From assembly GCA_910586545.1 (NCBI GenBank), contig CAJUIQ010000007.1, forward strand, positions 3,895 through 67,894: 64,000 bases of DNA, read 5' to 3'. The DNA comes from an uncultured Eubacteriales bacterium (GTDB taxonomy: Bacteria; Bacillota; Clostridia; Oscillospirales; CAG-272). Within the stretch, counting starts at the first letter, position 1; each line of letters opens with the position of its first letter. Under the pieces are notes generated by a model. The model ran no database searches. It worked only from the letters and a program-made list of their open reading frames with translations, and was not told the DNA's origin. The translations under genes and the position numbers were made by a program. Of this stretch, positions 55,200 through 64,000 are shown one piece after another.

Positions 55200-55844
55200 T
55201 TAAGTTCGCTTCTTTTCGTTTAGCACGATCAGCACGTCTTCCTGGGTGAGCACGTCGGAAGGAGAAACAGGAATAATAAATGTATCCCCTCGACGGATTG
55301 CCAATATAGTAATGTTGTGTTTTCTGCGAACGTCCGACTCCCGAATGGTTTGATCCAGCCACTCATCCAGTGGGTGCATTTCCGTAATGGTATAAAATTC
55401 CGAATCGTCTAGTATGTCCATAATGTTGGGGCTGGCAAGCCGGCGTGCCAGCTTAGCCCCGATTTCATGTTCCGGTAGAATTACCTCATCTGCGCCGATG
55501 CTCTCCAGGATTTTTTTCTGCCGCAGATTGCGGGCTTTTACAATAACGTATTTTGCCCCGTGTTCCTTTGCAATCATAGTAGCAATTTGTGATGCTTCAA
55601 AGTCCGTTCCGATTGCAAGAACAATCACATCAAAATTTCCAAGTCCCATACGCGCCAGCGCGCTTTCGTCCGCCATATCGGCCCGTACTACATGTGTGGC
55701 GTATTCGGTTGCCAGCTGAAGTTTGGCCTCATCTCGGTCACATGCCATAATGTTTACGTCAAATTCAGAAAGTGTATGGATGATGCTCATACCAAAGTGA
55801 CCCAATCCAAGCACTGCAAAGTTTCGATTTCCTTGTTTGCCCAT
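55200..55844 (-). CDS. trkA: Trk/Ktr potassium-uptake NAD-binding subunit
   Basis: RCK N-domain GLGHFG Rossmann motif plus an RCK C-domain. Start at MGKQGN with an AAGGAGA SD; the longer ORF-track start overlaps trkH. Confidence 0.85.
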   Translation of the reverse strand: MGKQGNRNFAVLGLGHFGMSIIHTLSEFDVNIMACDRDEAKLQLATEYATHVVRADMADESALARMGLGNFDVIVLAIGTDFEASQIATMIAKEHGAKYVIVKARNLRQKKILESIGADEVILPEHEIGAKLARRLASPNIMDILDDSEFYTITEMHPLDEWLDQTIRESDVRRKHNITILAIRRGDTFIIPVSPSDVLTQEDVLIVLNEKKRT

Positions 55845-55858
55845 AATGGATATTCTCC

Positions 55859-57268
55859 TTAACCTATCGTAACACGCTCTTCCGGCAGCCCAATGCTGTC
55901 GTCTCCCGCGCGCAGTTTTTTGTTCAGCGCTACCACCACAGTGATAGGGCTCAGTCGTCCTATATACATACAAAAAATGAGTACGATTTTTCCCGCATCA
56001 GACAGATGCGGCGTAATTCCCGTTGTTACACCTACCGTCCCTGCAGCGGAACAGGTTTCAAAAAACAAATCCAAAAATGTGTGAGGATATGGATTGTCAA
56101 GTTCTGTAAAATGCAGCAACGTAGCAGAAACAAATACAACAATTATCATAATGGAGGCCACGCTCAACGCCTTTTGCAGAAGATCCAGCGGAAGGGAACG
56201 ACCAAAGGCCTCCAGTTTGTTGCGGCCCCGGATTACAGACACCATGGAAATAGCGATGATTCCGAGGGTGACGGTTTTGATGCCTCCAGCTGTACCTGAG
56301 GGGGAGCCGCCGATGAGCATAAGGGCGCAGGAAACAAATTGCGAAATTTCCGTCAGTCCGTCTTGAGGAATTGTATTAAATCCTGCAGTACGCAGCGTCA
56401 CAGATTGGAACAGAGACGCCTGCAGCTTTTCCCACACAGGCATCTCCCCTAGCGTGTGCGGGTTGGACCATTCTATAATCAGAAAAAAGAGCGCGCCGCC
56501 GAAAATCAAAATACCAGTCATGGTAAAGACGATTTTGCTATGCAGACTGAGCCGACGCAGACGAAAGCGCAGGGAACGCTTATCTTTATTTTTTATCATA
56601 CGTACAATTTCTGTCCAAACATTGAAGCCGATACCACCTGATACAATCAGTGTCATAATTATAAAATTGATAGGTACGTTTTTTTGAAGAGAAATAAGAC
56701 TTTCCGCGCCGATATTGTCAAATCCCGCATTACAGAAAGCGGATACCGCATGGAATACGCCCTGTCCAAGAGCCCTTGGCAGACTCATTGTTCCGCTGGC
56801 CCAAAAGAATAGGCCCAGTAAAATAGCGCCTGCGGCTTCAAAAGTAATGGTGATAAGAACGACGCGCTTTACAAGACGGACCATACCGCCAATGTTATCC
56901 TGATTAAAAGACGTTTGTATTGTCTGCCGGCTTCGCAGAGAAATGTTCCGGCGTACCAGAATCATAGCCGCAGTTATAAGGGTCATAAAGCCCAGCGCTC
57001 CGATTTGGATAAGGATCAATATGACTGCTTTTCCAAAGAGTGTCCAGTGGGCCATCGTATTGACCACTACCAATCCTGTAACGCAATTTGCGGAGGTGGC
57101 GGTAAAAAGTGCATTGATAAATCCTACGCTTTCACCGGATTTGCTGGCAATCGGCAGATTCAGCAAAAGAGCGCCGACAAAAATCATACAGATGAATCCT
57201 ACCATGATAGTTTGTGCGGCAGAAAGATGTGCGGTTCTTTTTTGGGGGGCTATTTCAAGCATGTGCAA
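55859..57268 (-). CDS. trkH: Trk/Ktr-type potassium uptake membrane subunit
   Basis: Polytopic protein with repeated selectivity-filter-like motifs (CVTGL, NAGFD, RTAGFN, GTVGV). Confidence 0.88.
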   Translation of the reverse strand: MHMLEIAPQKRTAHLSAAQTIMVGFICMIFVGALLLNLPIASKSGESVGFINALFTATSANCVTGLVVVNTMAHWTLFGKAVILILIQIGALGFMTLITAAMILVRRNISLRSRQTIQTSFNQDNIGGMVRLVKRVVLITITFEAAGAILLGLFFWASGTMSLPRALGQGVFHAVSAFCNAGFDNIGAESLISLQKNVPINFIIMTLIVSGGIGFNVWTEIVRMIKNKDKRSLRFRLRRLSLHSKIVFTMTGILIFGGALFFLIIEWSNPHTLGEMPVWEKLQASLFQSVTLRTAGFNTIPQDGLTEISQFVSCALMLIGGSPSGTAGGIKTVTLGIIAISMVSVIRGRNKLEAFGRSLPLDLLQKALSVASIMIIVVFVSATLLHFTELDNPYPHTFLDLFFETCSAAGTVGVTTGITPHLSDAGKIVLIFCMYIGRLSPITVVVALNKKLRAGDDSIGLPEERVTIG

Positions 57269-57491
57269 TCCTCTTTACTATTGACACAAATATAAATTTA
57301 TAATAAAGTACTTCTTCGCATGGGCTATTGTATCACATACAGGCGGGAGTAGTCAATGGATTTTTATATGATAAATATGCGGGGAATAAGATTTCAGTCA
57401 ATCCTTGTAATCCCGAAGTTGTTCCATAAGGAAAGCCGCAGAAATTCTGCAGCTTTTTTATTATGTATACAGCAGGTTTTGCATCCAATTC

Positions 57492-58724
57492 TTATTTTTT
57501 CTGCTTTCTTATTGCCTTTTTTAAAACGATTACTACAGCCGTTCCCAGCAGGGGAAACAGAGCGGCAATCAACATTCCTACTTTAAATCCCGCCTGCTCA
57601 GGCGACAGATTTCCGAAGAGGGAAGAGGCAAACGTGCCGCCGGCCACCGCATCTGTAATGCTGCCCATTAACTGCGGCGCCACGGAACTGCCTAAATCTC
57701 CTCCGGCTGCAAGGAGCGCATAAACGGCTACACCGGCATGGGGAATCGCTTCTGTCGTGTAAATCAAGGTGCCAGGCCAAAGCATAGACACACAAAAGCC
57801 TGTAAGCATACAGCCGATCAGGCCAATTACCGGATGGGGAGAGAGCGCTGCCGTGACATAACAAACAAATGCGCCTGCAAATCCAAGTAAAAGATAAGTG
57901 GATATATTTTTCCCAAATTTTGCGTAAAGCGTTCTGCCCAGTCCAAGCAGCACCGCAAACGCGGCGACTCCAAAGATATCGCCCCATAGTTTGGGTATTT
58001 TCAGAGCTGCCTCCAAATAGCTGGAGCACCATTGGGTCATGGTTCCCTCACTGGCGCCGCCTAAAAAGATACATAACACACATAAAATCAAAATAGGATT
58101 CTTAAAAAGTTTTCCAGTGTCTGCGCTGCTTTCTTGCGTTTCCAAAGGTGGAATTTGCGCGCACAGAAACAGGACAAACGCCGCCAGCGGTATACTGATC
58201 CAAAGAAGTACAAGAATATACCACACCGATCTGCCGAACACCTGCAGGTACAGAGTGCTTAGCAAAACAACTACAGCGACGCCCCACGCATACACGGAAT
58301 GGGCGCGGCTCATATCCCGCTCCGGGTTATCGGAAGGAAGCGCGGCAATCACAGGACTAATGAGTACCTCAGCAAGGCCGGCCGCGGCGGAGAAAATCAT
58401 AGTACCCGCTACCAAAAAGATATATGCTTGATCTGGAAACAGCACAGGAAAGATTCCATAAATCGCCAGCCCCATAACGGTGAGCAACGGCATGTATCGT
58501 ACCGTTTTCGGTATATTGAATTTATGAGAATAGAATGAAAAAATCAAATCTACACACAGTTGGGTGCAAAAATTGATTAGAACCAAAAAACCAAGTTTGG
58601 CATAGGAAATACCATAGAGGCTATGAAAGGTGACGAACAACAGAGGGGAAATGCACGCTACCGCCGCCATGGAAGCGTTCGACATGTAGCAGGCAAGCTT
58701 TGTGAGAGAGGGATTTTTTACCAT
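57492..58724 (-). CDS. MFS transporter
   Basis: About 12 TM helices in two six-helix halves. Start at MVKNPS with an AAAGGA SD; the ORF-track start is 58751. Confidence 0.8.
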   Translation of the reverse strand: MVKNPSLTKLACYMSNASMAAVACISPLLFVTFHSLYGISYAKLGFLVLINFCTQLCVDLIFSFYSHKFNIPKTVRYMPLLTVMGLAIYGIFPVLFPDQAYIFLVAGTMIFSAAAGLAEVLISPVIAALPSDNPERDMSRAHSVYAWGVAVVVLLSTLYLQVFGRSVWYILVLLWISIPLAAFVLFLCAQIPPLETQESSADTGKLFKNPILILCVLCIFLGGASEGTMTQWCSSYLEAALKIPKLWGDIFGVAAFAVLLGLGRTLYAKFGKNISTYLLLGFAGAFVCYVTAALSPHPVIGLIGCMLTGFCVSMLWPGTLIYTTEAIPHAGVAVYALLAAGGDLGSSVAPQLMGSITDAVAGGTFASSLFGNLSPEQAGFKVGMLIAALFPLLGTAVVIVLKKAIRKQKK

Positions 58725-58914
58725 GAGTAATCCTTTGCAGTATAAATTCATTCAGATTATACTCTCTTGATTGGATAAAATCAAGCCCTTTTCCCGCCTT
58801 TTGTATAAATGTGAAAAGCCGTATTTTTTTAAGCGGCTTCTGAAATACTCCTGTGTCTCACAACCGTCATAACAGATCCGTTGGTAATGTTTTTCGCAAG
58901 CTGATTGAGATGTC

Positions 58915-59421
58915 TTAACTGCGCGATAAAATGATAAGAACAAAGTTAAGAACGGCTAAACCAATTGGGATAAGATATGCGTAGTACAGAACTCTGTTTA
59001 AACGCACGGATTGAAATTTTTTGATTATATTTTTACTGTTGCCTAATTTATTGTTTAACATTTTTACTTGAGCATCTTCTGGAAGCTGTGCCATTAAGCG
59101 TTTATACGCGTTGTCTATTTGAACGATTCTTTGGGCTTCAGCGGAGGAATAAAATAAACCAAACAGGGCAGAGAGGATACCAAAGATCGAAAAAATAAAA
59201 GGCGGAATACTTACTAACAATGGTGCGCTTTGATCAAACCCGATTCTGCCTAATAGATTGGGGAAGAAGGTGATAAGTAAAGACAGCAACGAAAATTTTA
59301 AAAAAGTAGACATAAAAGCGCTGTCACGATATTTCCACTCTTCTCGATAAATACCCATAAGCGTTATTATTTCTTCAGAACGTAACGTATTGTTACATTG
59401 AGAATTGTTATTACAACTCAC
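58915..59421 (-). CDS. Hypothetical three-TM membrane protein (AT-rich gene next to tRNA-Ser)
   Basis: 168 aa. YREEWKYRD motif before TM1, an amphipathic linker, and a C-terminal TM helix. No confident family. Confidence 0.45.
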   Translation of the reverse strand: MSCNNNSQCNNTLRSEEIITLMGIYREEWKYRDSAFMSTFLKFSLLSLLITFFPNLLGRIGFDQSAPLLVSIPPFIFSIFGILSALFGLFYSSAEAQRIVQIDNAYKRLMAQLPEDAQVKMLNNKLGNSKNIIKKFQSVRLNRVLYYAYLIPIGLAVLNFVLIILSRS

Positions 59422-59462
59422 TTGGAAATCCCCCTATATTACGAAATATTATGATATGGTAT

Positions 59463-59496
59463 AAAAAAGCCGCAAGGACATCCTTGCGGCTTTTTT
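59463..59496. terminator. Bidirectional terminator
   Basis: AAAAAAGCCGCAAGGA-ca-TCCTTGCGGCTTTTTT. Confidence 0.85.
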
Positions 59497-59516
59497 AGCG
59501 CGGAAATTAGCCGCGT

Positions 59517-59605
59517 TGGCGGAAGGTGTGGGATTCGAACCCACGTGTCCGTAAGGACAAACGGTTTTCAAGACCGCCTCGTTATGACCACTTCGATAAC
59601 CTTCC
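59517..59605 (-). tRNA. tRNA-Ser (anticodon UGA), long variable arm, CCA encoded
   Basis: Acceptor GGAAGGT/ACCTTCC, anticodon stem GCGGT/ACCGT with loop CTTGAAA, long extra arm, T-loop GGTTCGAATCC. Confidence 0.9.
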
Positions 59606-59751
59606 GTATATGTATGCAGCTTTTCTACACCTTATCATAGCATAAATTCCCCCATTTGTCAAATCCTCTTCGCATGAAATCGGAACCACTGGAAACAATA
59701 TTACCAAAGAACTGTTTAAAAAATGGTAAAAAGAAAGGCATAATTATAATT

Positions 59752-60195
59752 ATGGATAAACAAAATCCCAATCAGGCGCTGCTTAGCGAAATGTATAGCA
59801 ATACAAAAATGGCGATGGAAAATATCAATTCTGTTCTGCCCAAAGTAAAAGGCAAATCTATGATCACAGAGCTGACCGCACAAATGGACACCTATGGAGC
59901 GCTTTCCAAGCGGACCAGTCAGCTAATGCATGAGCGCAGTATAGAGCCAAAGGAACCGGGACTGATGGCCAAGGCGATGGCAAAGACCGGTATTCATATC
60001 AACACAATGATTGATAATACCGATTCCCATATTGCAGATATGGTAGCAAAGGGATGTGATATGGGCGCGGATTCTCTGTCAGAAGCCTATGCTAAACATG
60101 CGGTACGATGTGATAGCCAAGTAGCTGATTTGTGCAATGAAATTATTGATTATGAACGGCAGGTCAGCAGTAAAATAGAAGGATTTCACCGCTGA
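59752..60195 (+). CDS. Hypothetical helical protein (~147 aa)
   Basis: Helix-rich ORF with a weak SD and no motif recognised. The ORF-track start is 59656. Confidence 0.45.
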   Translation: MDKQNPNQALLSEMYSNTKMAMENINSVLPKVKGKSMITELTAQMDTYGALSKRTSQLMHERSIEPKEPGLMAKAMAKTGIHINTMIDNTDSHIADMVAKGCDMGADSLSEAYAKHAVRCDSQVADLCNEIIDYERQVSSKIEGFHR

Positions 60196-60206
60196 AGAGC
60201 GATATC

Positions 60207-60247
60207 ACATATTAAAGCTGTTCCATATGGGACAGCTTTAATATGTG
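60207..60247. terminator. 15-bp perfect hairpin between convergent genes
   Basis: ACATATTAAAGCTGT-tccatatggg-ACAGCTTTAATATGT; overlaps the stop of the minus-strand gene. Confidence 0.6.
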
Positions 60248-60786
60248 TCATGATTTTTTAGATACGCGCGAATATAGGAAAATGTTTCCGATTCTCCCCG
60301 CAGCGCCAGCATAGTGAGCAGCCGCTCCAGAAAGGCCGACGTCTCGGGATGGATCACCCGCATGGACTTTGCGTGTGCAAAGTACGCCAGCGGATCTCCA
60401 TCCGTATATTCCGCTCCCTTGTATATTTTGCTGGCGGCAACCCGGTCGCAAAACATTTCCACTACATACCGCAGGGGCATTTTCACGGGAAGCACCTTTC
60501 GCTCCACCGGATGATAGTCCGTCCAATATTCAAAATGATGCCGGTTGCGTCCCTTGTGATGCAGCCACGCTGCTGAATACCCGTTTTCCACACGTTCTTG
60601 TACATTCGGACTTTGATTGCCTTGATAATACTTTGCCCCGCGGAAAAATTCCGCCGGAGTGTATTTGGACAAATCATGCCGCAGTCCCTGCCAGAAAATG
60701 CCGGCACGGCGGCAATGGCCGATTACTTTGTGTCGATGCTTTGTAATCGTCTTAAAATGCTTAATGGGATGCATACGTTTCTCCAT
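60238..60786 (-). CDS. His-rich hypothetical protein (resembles the DUF5662 family from memory)
   Basis: 182 aa; motifs HRHKV, LRHDLSKY and HHKGRNRHHFEYW. Confidence 0.5.
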   Translation of the reverse strand: MEKRMHPIKHFKTITKHRHKVIGHCRRAGIFWQGLRHDLSKYTPAEFFRGAKYYQGNQSPNVQERVENGYSAAWLHHKGRNRHHFEYWTDYHPVERKVLPVKMPLRYVVEMFCDRVAASKIYKGAEYTDGDPLAYFAHAKSMRVIHPETSAFLERLLTMLALRGESETFSYIRAYLKNHDTY

Positions 60787-60790
60787 AAAA

Positions 60791-61729
60791 TTAAACCAAC
60801 AATTCCAGCAAAAAGCTTTGCAGCCAGATCACTGCCGGAATTGTAGCAGCAGATAAAATCGTCGTGGTCGCAAATATTTCCGACGCATATGCGCTGTCTT
60901 TTTGATATCGATGAGCAAACATGGTACAAGCCGCCGCTGTGGGACAAGCAACAGCGATCACTACAATGGTAATCAGCATCGGATCTACGCCAAGGCATGC
61001 AAAAGGAACCAACACAAAAACGGAAGCTATCGGAATCAGCAAAAGCTTTGCGGCCGCCAGAAGATACAGTCGAAACTTTTTGATGCATCCTAGCAGATTG
61101 GAGCCGGCAAGAGTCGCGCCGGCAATCAGCATAGCAAAAGGTGTGTTCATATTTCCTACCGTTTCCAGCGGCTCACGAATCAGCTCCGGCAGGGAAATTT
61201 TTAAAAAGAAAAACACAAGTCCCATAAGAACCATAAAGATTGCCGGGGAGCACAGATTTTTCAGTGCTTGCCGGAAGCTGGTTTTTCCTGTCATAAACAG
61301 TACGCCAACCGTCCAAAGAACAATATTGAACACGGTGACAAATACCGTCATATATATGACGCCCTGTGCTCCAAACACCCCCTGAACCAGGGGAATGCCA
61401 ATATATCCATTATTGGAAAAGGCTAGGGACATCCGCTCCACCCCGATATTGGGGTTGTTTTTCTTTTTTACTAAAAGCAGCGCTGCTCCCAGCTGGATCC
61501 CAAAGGACAGCACGGACAGTAAAAATACGATACCAAGCCCTGCCGCAATGTCTGCCGAGTAAGGCGTCTGGTAGGATACGAAAATCAGCAGTGGATTGAT
61601 GATTAAAAGTGATAAATTGGACAGCTTTTTGTTCGTGTCCCCGTCGATCAGTTTGGTCTTTCCACAGATAAATCCGATCAGCCCCATAACCATCATGATC
61701 AAAAGCTTTTCCAGAATAATACCACTCAT
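60791..61729 (-). CDS. AEC (auxin efflux carrier) family permease
   Basis: ~10 TM helices with the two-repeat architecture typical of the AEC family. Its start overlaps the upstream gene's stop (ATGA). Confidence 0.8.
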   Translation of the reverse strand: MSGIILEKLLIMMVMGLIGFICGKTKLIDGDTNKKLSNLSLLIINPLLIFVSYQTPYSADIAAGLGIVFLLSVLSFGIQLGAALLLVKKKNNPNIGVERMSLAFSNNGYIGIPLVQGVFGAQGVIYMTVFVTVFNIVLWTVGVLFMTGKTSFRQALKNLCSPAIFMVLMGLVFFFLKISLPELIREPLETVGNMNTPFAMLIAGATLAGSNLLGCIKKFRLYLLAAAKLLLIPIASVFVLVPFACLGVDPMLITIVVIAVACPTAAACTMFAHRYQKDSAYASEIFATTTILSAATIPAVIWLQSFLLELLV

Positions 61730-63817
61730 ATGGCTTTGCTGTCCTTTTCCTTGAACAGTTCAATCATATACAGCGCTTCTTTTTCTCCAGCGAGGGAAAT
61801 CGTATCGTTTGCTCCTGTCTTTCCTTCTCCAATTACCTGATTTTCTTCATTGCAGATCCGGTAAGAGAAATGCTGTCCTGAAAGATATGGCGAAAGCTCC
61901 AGAGGAATGCATACGTCTGCGTCCTTGTACTTGTACACGATCAGCAGCATGGAATCCTCTTTTTGATAACCCGTAATTCGGCAGGGCACATCCTGATCCA
62001 TATCTACAGGGCAGTCGGACACCATAACGCCGTCTATAAAATATGTAAGATATGCCTGGCGCAGTGCAGCGCAGGTTTTTACTGCTTTGGAAAACGCGGG
62101 ATACTCCCGAATCAGCGCGCTGCCGTTGTAGTTTTCCGGTTTGGAGGGATACACGTTGATTACGTAGTTGTCCATAAATATAAACTTTACATAGGAGGGC
62201 TCTGAATCCACATTGATATTGGGGCGCAGGGTGCGCACCACATGCATATAAGGACGCATATCTCCCCTGCCGGGCCAATACAGCCAGTTCCAGGTAAAGT
62301 CCGTATTATCCAGTTCCGACTCGAAATACAAAGTAGATTCAGAGGAGAACACCGTGCCGGGATACATCTTTTCTGTTTCCAATCGGTACTCATTGATGAT
62401 ATCGTGTACGATATCATCCTGATTATCGCCCAGCACATATTGATCCCAGCAGATATCGGGGCAGCCCGCCTCGTCTCGGAAGAACCGCAGCCCGTTTCGA
62501 ATATCCTCTCTCCAGTTTTCTCTGGAATGATCATGAATCTGATAGCAACTCCACCGCTCACAGTATGGCGCTTTAAACATGGGAATGGACTTCGGCGTCT
62601 CCGCCCAGGATCCGCTGCGTTCCGTGACACCGTAATTTTTGGCAGTCTGATCCCAAAGGGAGATCCAGGATACCAGCGGCGTTACTACAACACCCATCTC
62701 CTGCAGTTTTTTCACGTTTTTCTTCCAACATTCCAGACCGCCCCATTCCTCATAAAAGCAATGCGGGCCGGTAGGCAGGGTGAACATAAAGGCGCCCCAC
62801 ACGTTTAAATCATACAAACCGTGATCTTTCATATCCTGGGCAAGGAGAGGCATGTCATCATACTTCCAGCTATAGTCGTCTGGGTCTTTGGTATATCCGT
62901 TCGCCATAAAAACTGTACGGAAACCAAACATTTCCCGCGCACGCTGCGGCACTTCTACTACCCGGTGTACCTGGGACGCTACAAATTCCTTATATGGGCT
63001 AATTCCTTGGATCCAGGGGCCGGCATGCGCAGTAAGAATATACTCCCCGGAGTCGTAAGTCTCTCCCTTGCCAATTTTGGTATCTCGCAAAAAGGCAAGA
63101 CGCAGTTTGCCGCTGAGATTATCCAGCTTTACCCACAAATGTTCTCCATAGCCCATTTCGTTCTTACTGTCCGGACCCCATCCCCAATGCTTTCGATACA
63201 TGGAAAAACCGCCGCGGCGACTGCCCATATCGTACCAGCGGCCAATCATCGGACCAGGCTGAAAGCCCCCCGCTCGATGGAACCGGCCAGCGCAGGATTC
63301 CGTCCAGGCAAAAAAGTTTTCTCTGGTTTTGGGCGTACTCTTCAGTTCCACAAAGGGGCGTTCTTTGCCTCCTAACATAGTGAGCACATCGTGTTCCTCA
63401 TCGGTAGTAGGCACAATTCCGTTCATATCCGGGAACAGAACCTGCACCACCTGGGCATCGGAATGATTCTCTACCGTCAGACGCATAGAAACAGACTTGC
63501 CGTCGGGGCAGGCCCGCAGCGTAACTACAGCGGATACGCCTCCCTGCAGTTCTGCCATGTCGGTAGGCGCCGGCACAGTCCAGGGAACACTGCTATATGT
63601 AAGGGTAATGGTATCTTCCTCACAGGCGATTTCAGGTGGTACGCTGCAGTATTTTCCAGTAGGATTCAGCCGCAGGTACCGGCCAGGCCAGGTCAAACAG
63701 ACCTCTGCCCTCACGCACCATAGAAGGTACTCCGGGATAATCCAGCCCCATCAGAGCGCCAGTAGACGCCTCAAATGTAAATGTCGTATTATTTAAAGTA
63801 TAGCTTACTGTTTTCAT
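61726..63817 (-). pseudogene. Putative glycoside-hydrolase-like protein interrupted by a +1 frame change near 63680-63700 (pseudogene or sequencing indel)
   Basis: A plausible N-terminus with an SD (MKTVSYTLNNTTFTFEASTGAL..., ATG at 63817) runs into a stop at 63632. The 662-aa frame opens at 63714 with only a GTG and no SD. The two frames overlap across CTGGCCTGGCCGG. Confidence 0.5.
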
Positions 63818-64000
63818 GCTGTCACCAGCCTTTATAAAATTTATTCTAATATAATGTACCAAAAATTGTGTAAAGAATCAAGAGAAGTGGCCAAATTCAT
63901 AAAAAAATCCCTTCTCATAACCAAAACATCAAAGCCGGCATTTTTATGCCGGCTTTCTTTTCTAGCTATTTTTCAGCAAACTAGCTCCTTATAGATCCAA

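Noticed and set aside
57269-57491. Looked for a c-di-AMP (ydaO/kimA-type) riboswitch or other leader upstream of trkH.
   Set aside because: The 5' UTR after the probable promoter (minus-strand TTGACT-18-TACAAT) is only about 80 nt, AT-rich, and without conserved riboswitch-like helices.
1-64000. Scanned for CRISPR-like regularly spaced repeats, rRNA genes, tmRNA/SRP/6S signatures and long tandem repeats.
   Set aside because: I noticed no regularly spaced direct repeats and no rRNA-like segments. The only stable RNAs recognised are rnpB and four tRNAs. 6S/SRP-like RNAs cannot be excluded without covariance-model searches.

Overview
Mid-GC chromosomal segment of a Firmicutes/Clostridia-type anaerobe. 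Supporting signs are a type-A RNase P RNA, a rimP-nusA-ylxR-ylxQ-infB operon, a cohesin/dockerin protein, pflBA, nrdD, and many cytoplasmic glycan-processing enzymes. Most of the window is housekeeping: rarA, tcdA, the nusA/infB operon, gpmI, trxB, nrdD, asd, rsmE, ftsEX with an M23 hydrolase and an S41 protease, greA, pflB/pflA, ferritin and trkAH. These are interspersed with carbohydrate-active or esterase-like genes (DUF4091-like, SGNH, GH127-like, GH172/DUF2961-like, BNR/sialidase-like, a polysaccharide deacetylase). RNA genes are RNase P RNA, tRNA-Gln, tRNA-Thr, tRNA-Tyr and tRNA-Ser. I found no CRISPR array, transposase, integrase or phage module. Seven observations stand out. (1) NrdD carries a C-terminal glutaredoxin-like CPKC domain, sits directly upstream of trxB, and lies behind an array of NrdR boxes. 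(2) A tight three-gene operon encodes two ABC half-exporters, each with a cytoplasmic N-terminal domain ending in a zinc ribbon, bracketing a DUF1854-like protein. (3) A 96-aa protein with 16 Cys and many Arg/Glu lies next to a ferredoxin. (4) A ZTP (pfl-motif) riboswitch with a terminator platform lies in front of pflB. (5) An AT-rich islet of three monocistronic genes follows tRNA-Thr/tRNA-Tyr. (6) A consensus promoter drives an unassigned ~220-nt structured leader before rsmE. (7) A glycoside-hydrolase-like gene at the right edge is frameshifted. Family names come from motif recognition and memory, not from database searches, and need HMM or BLAST confirmation.
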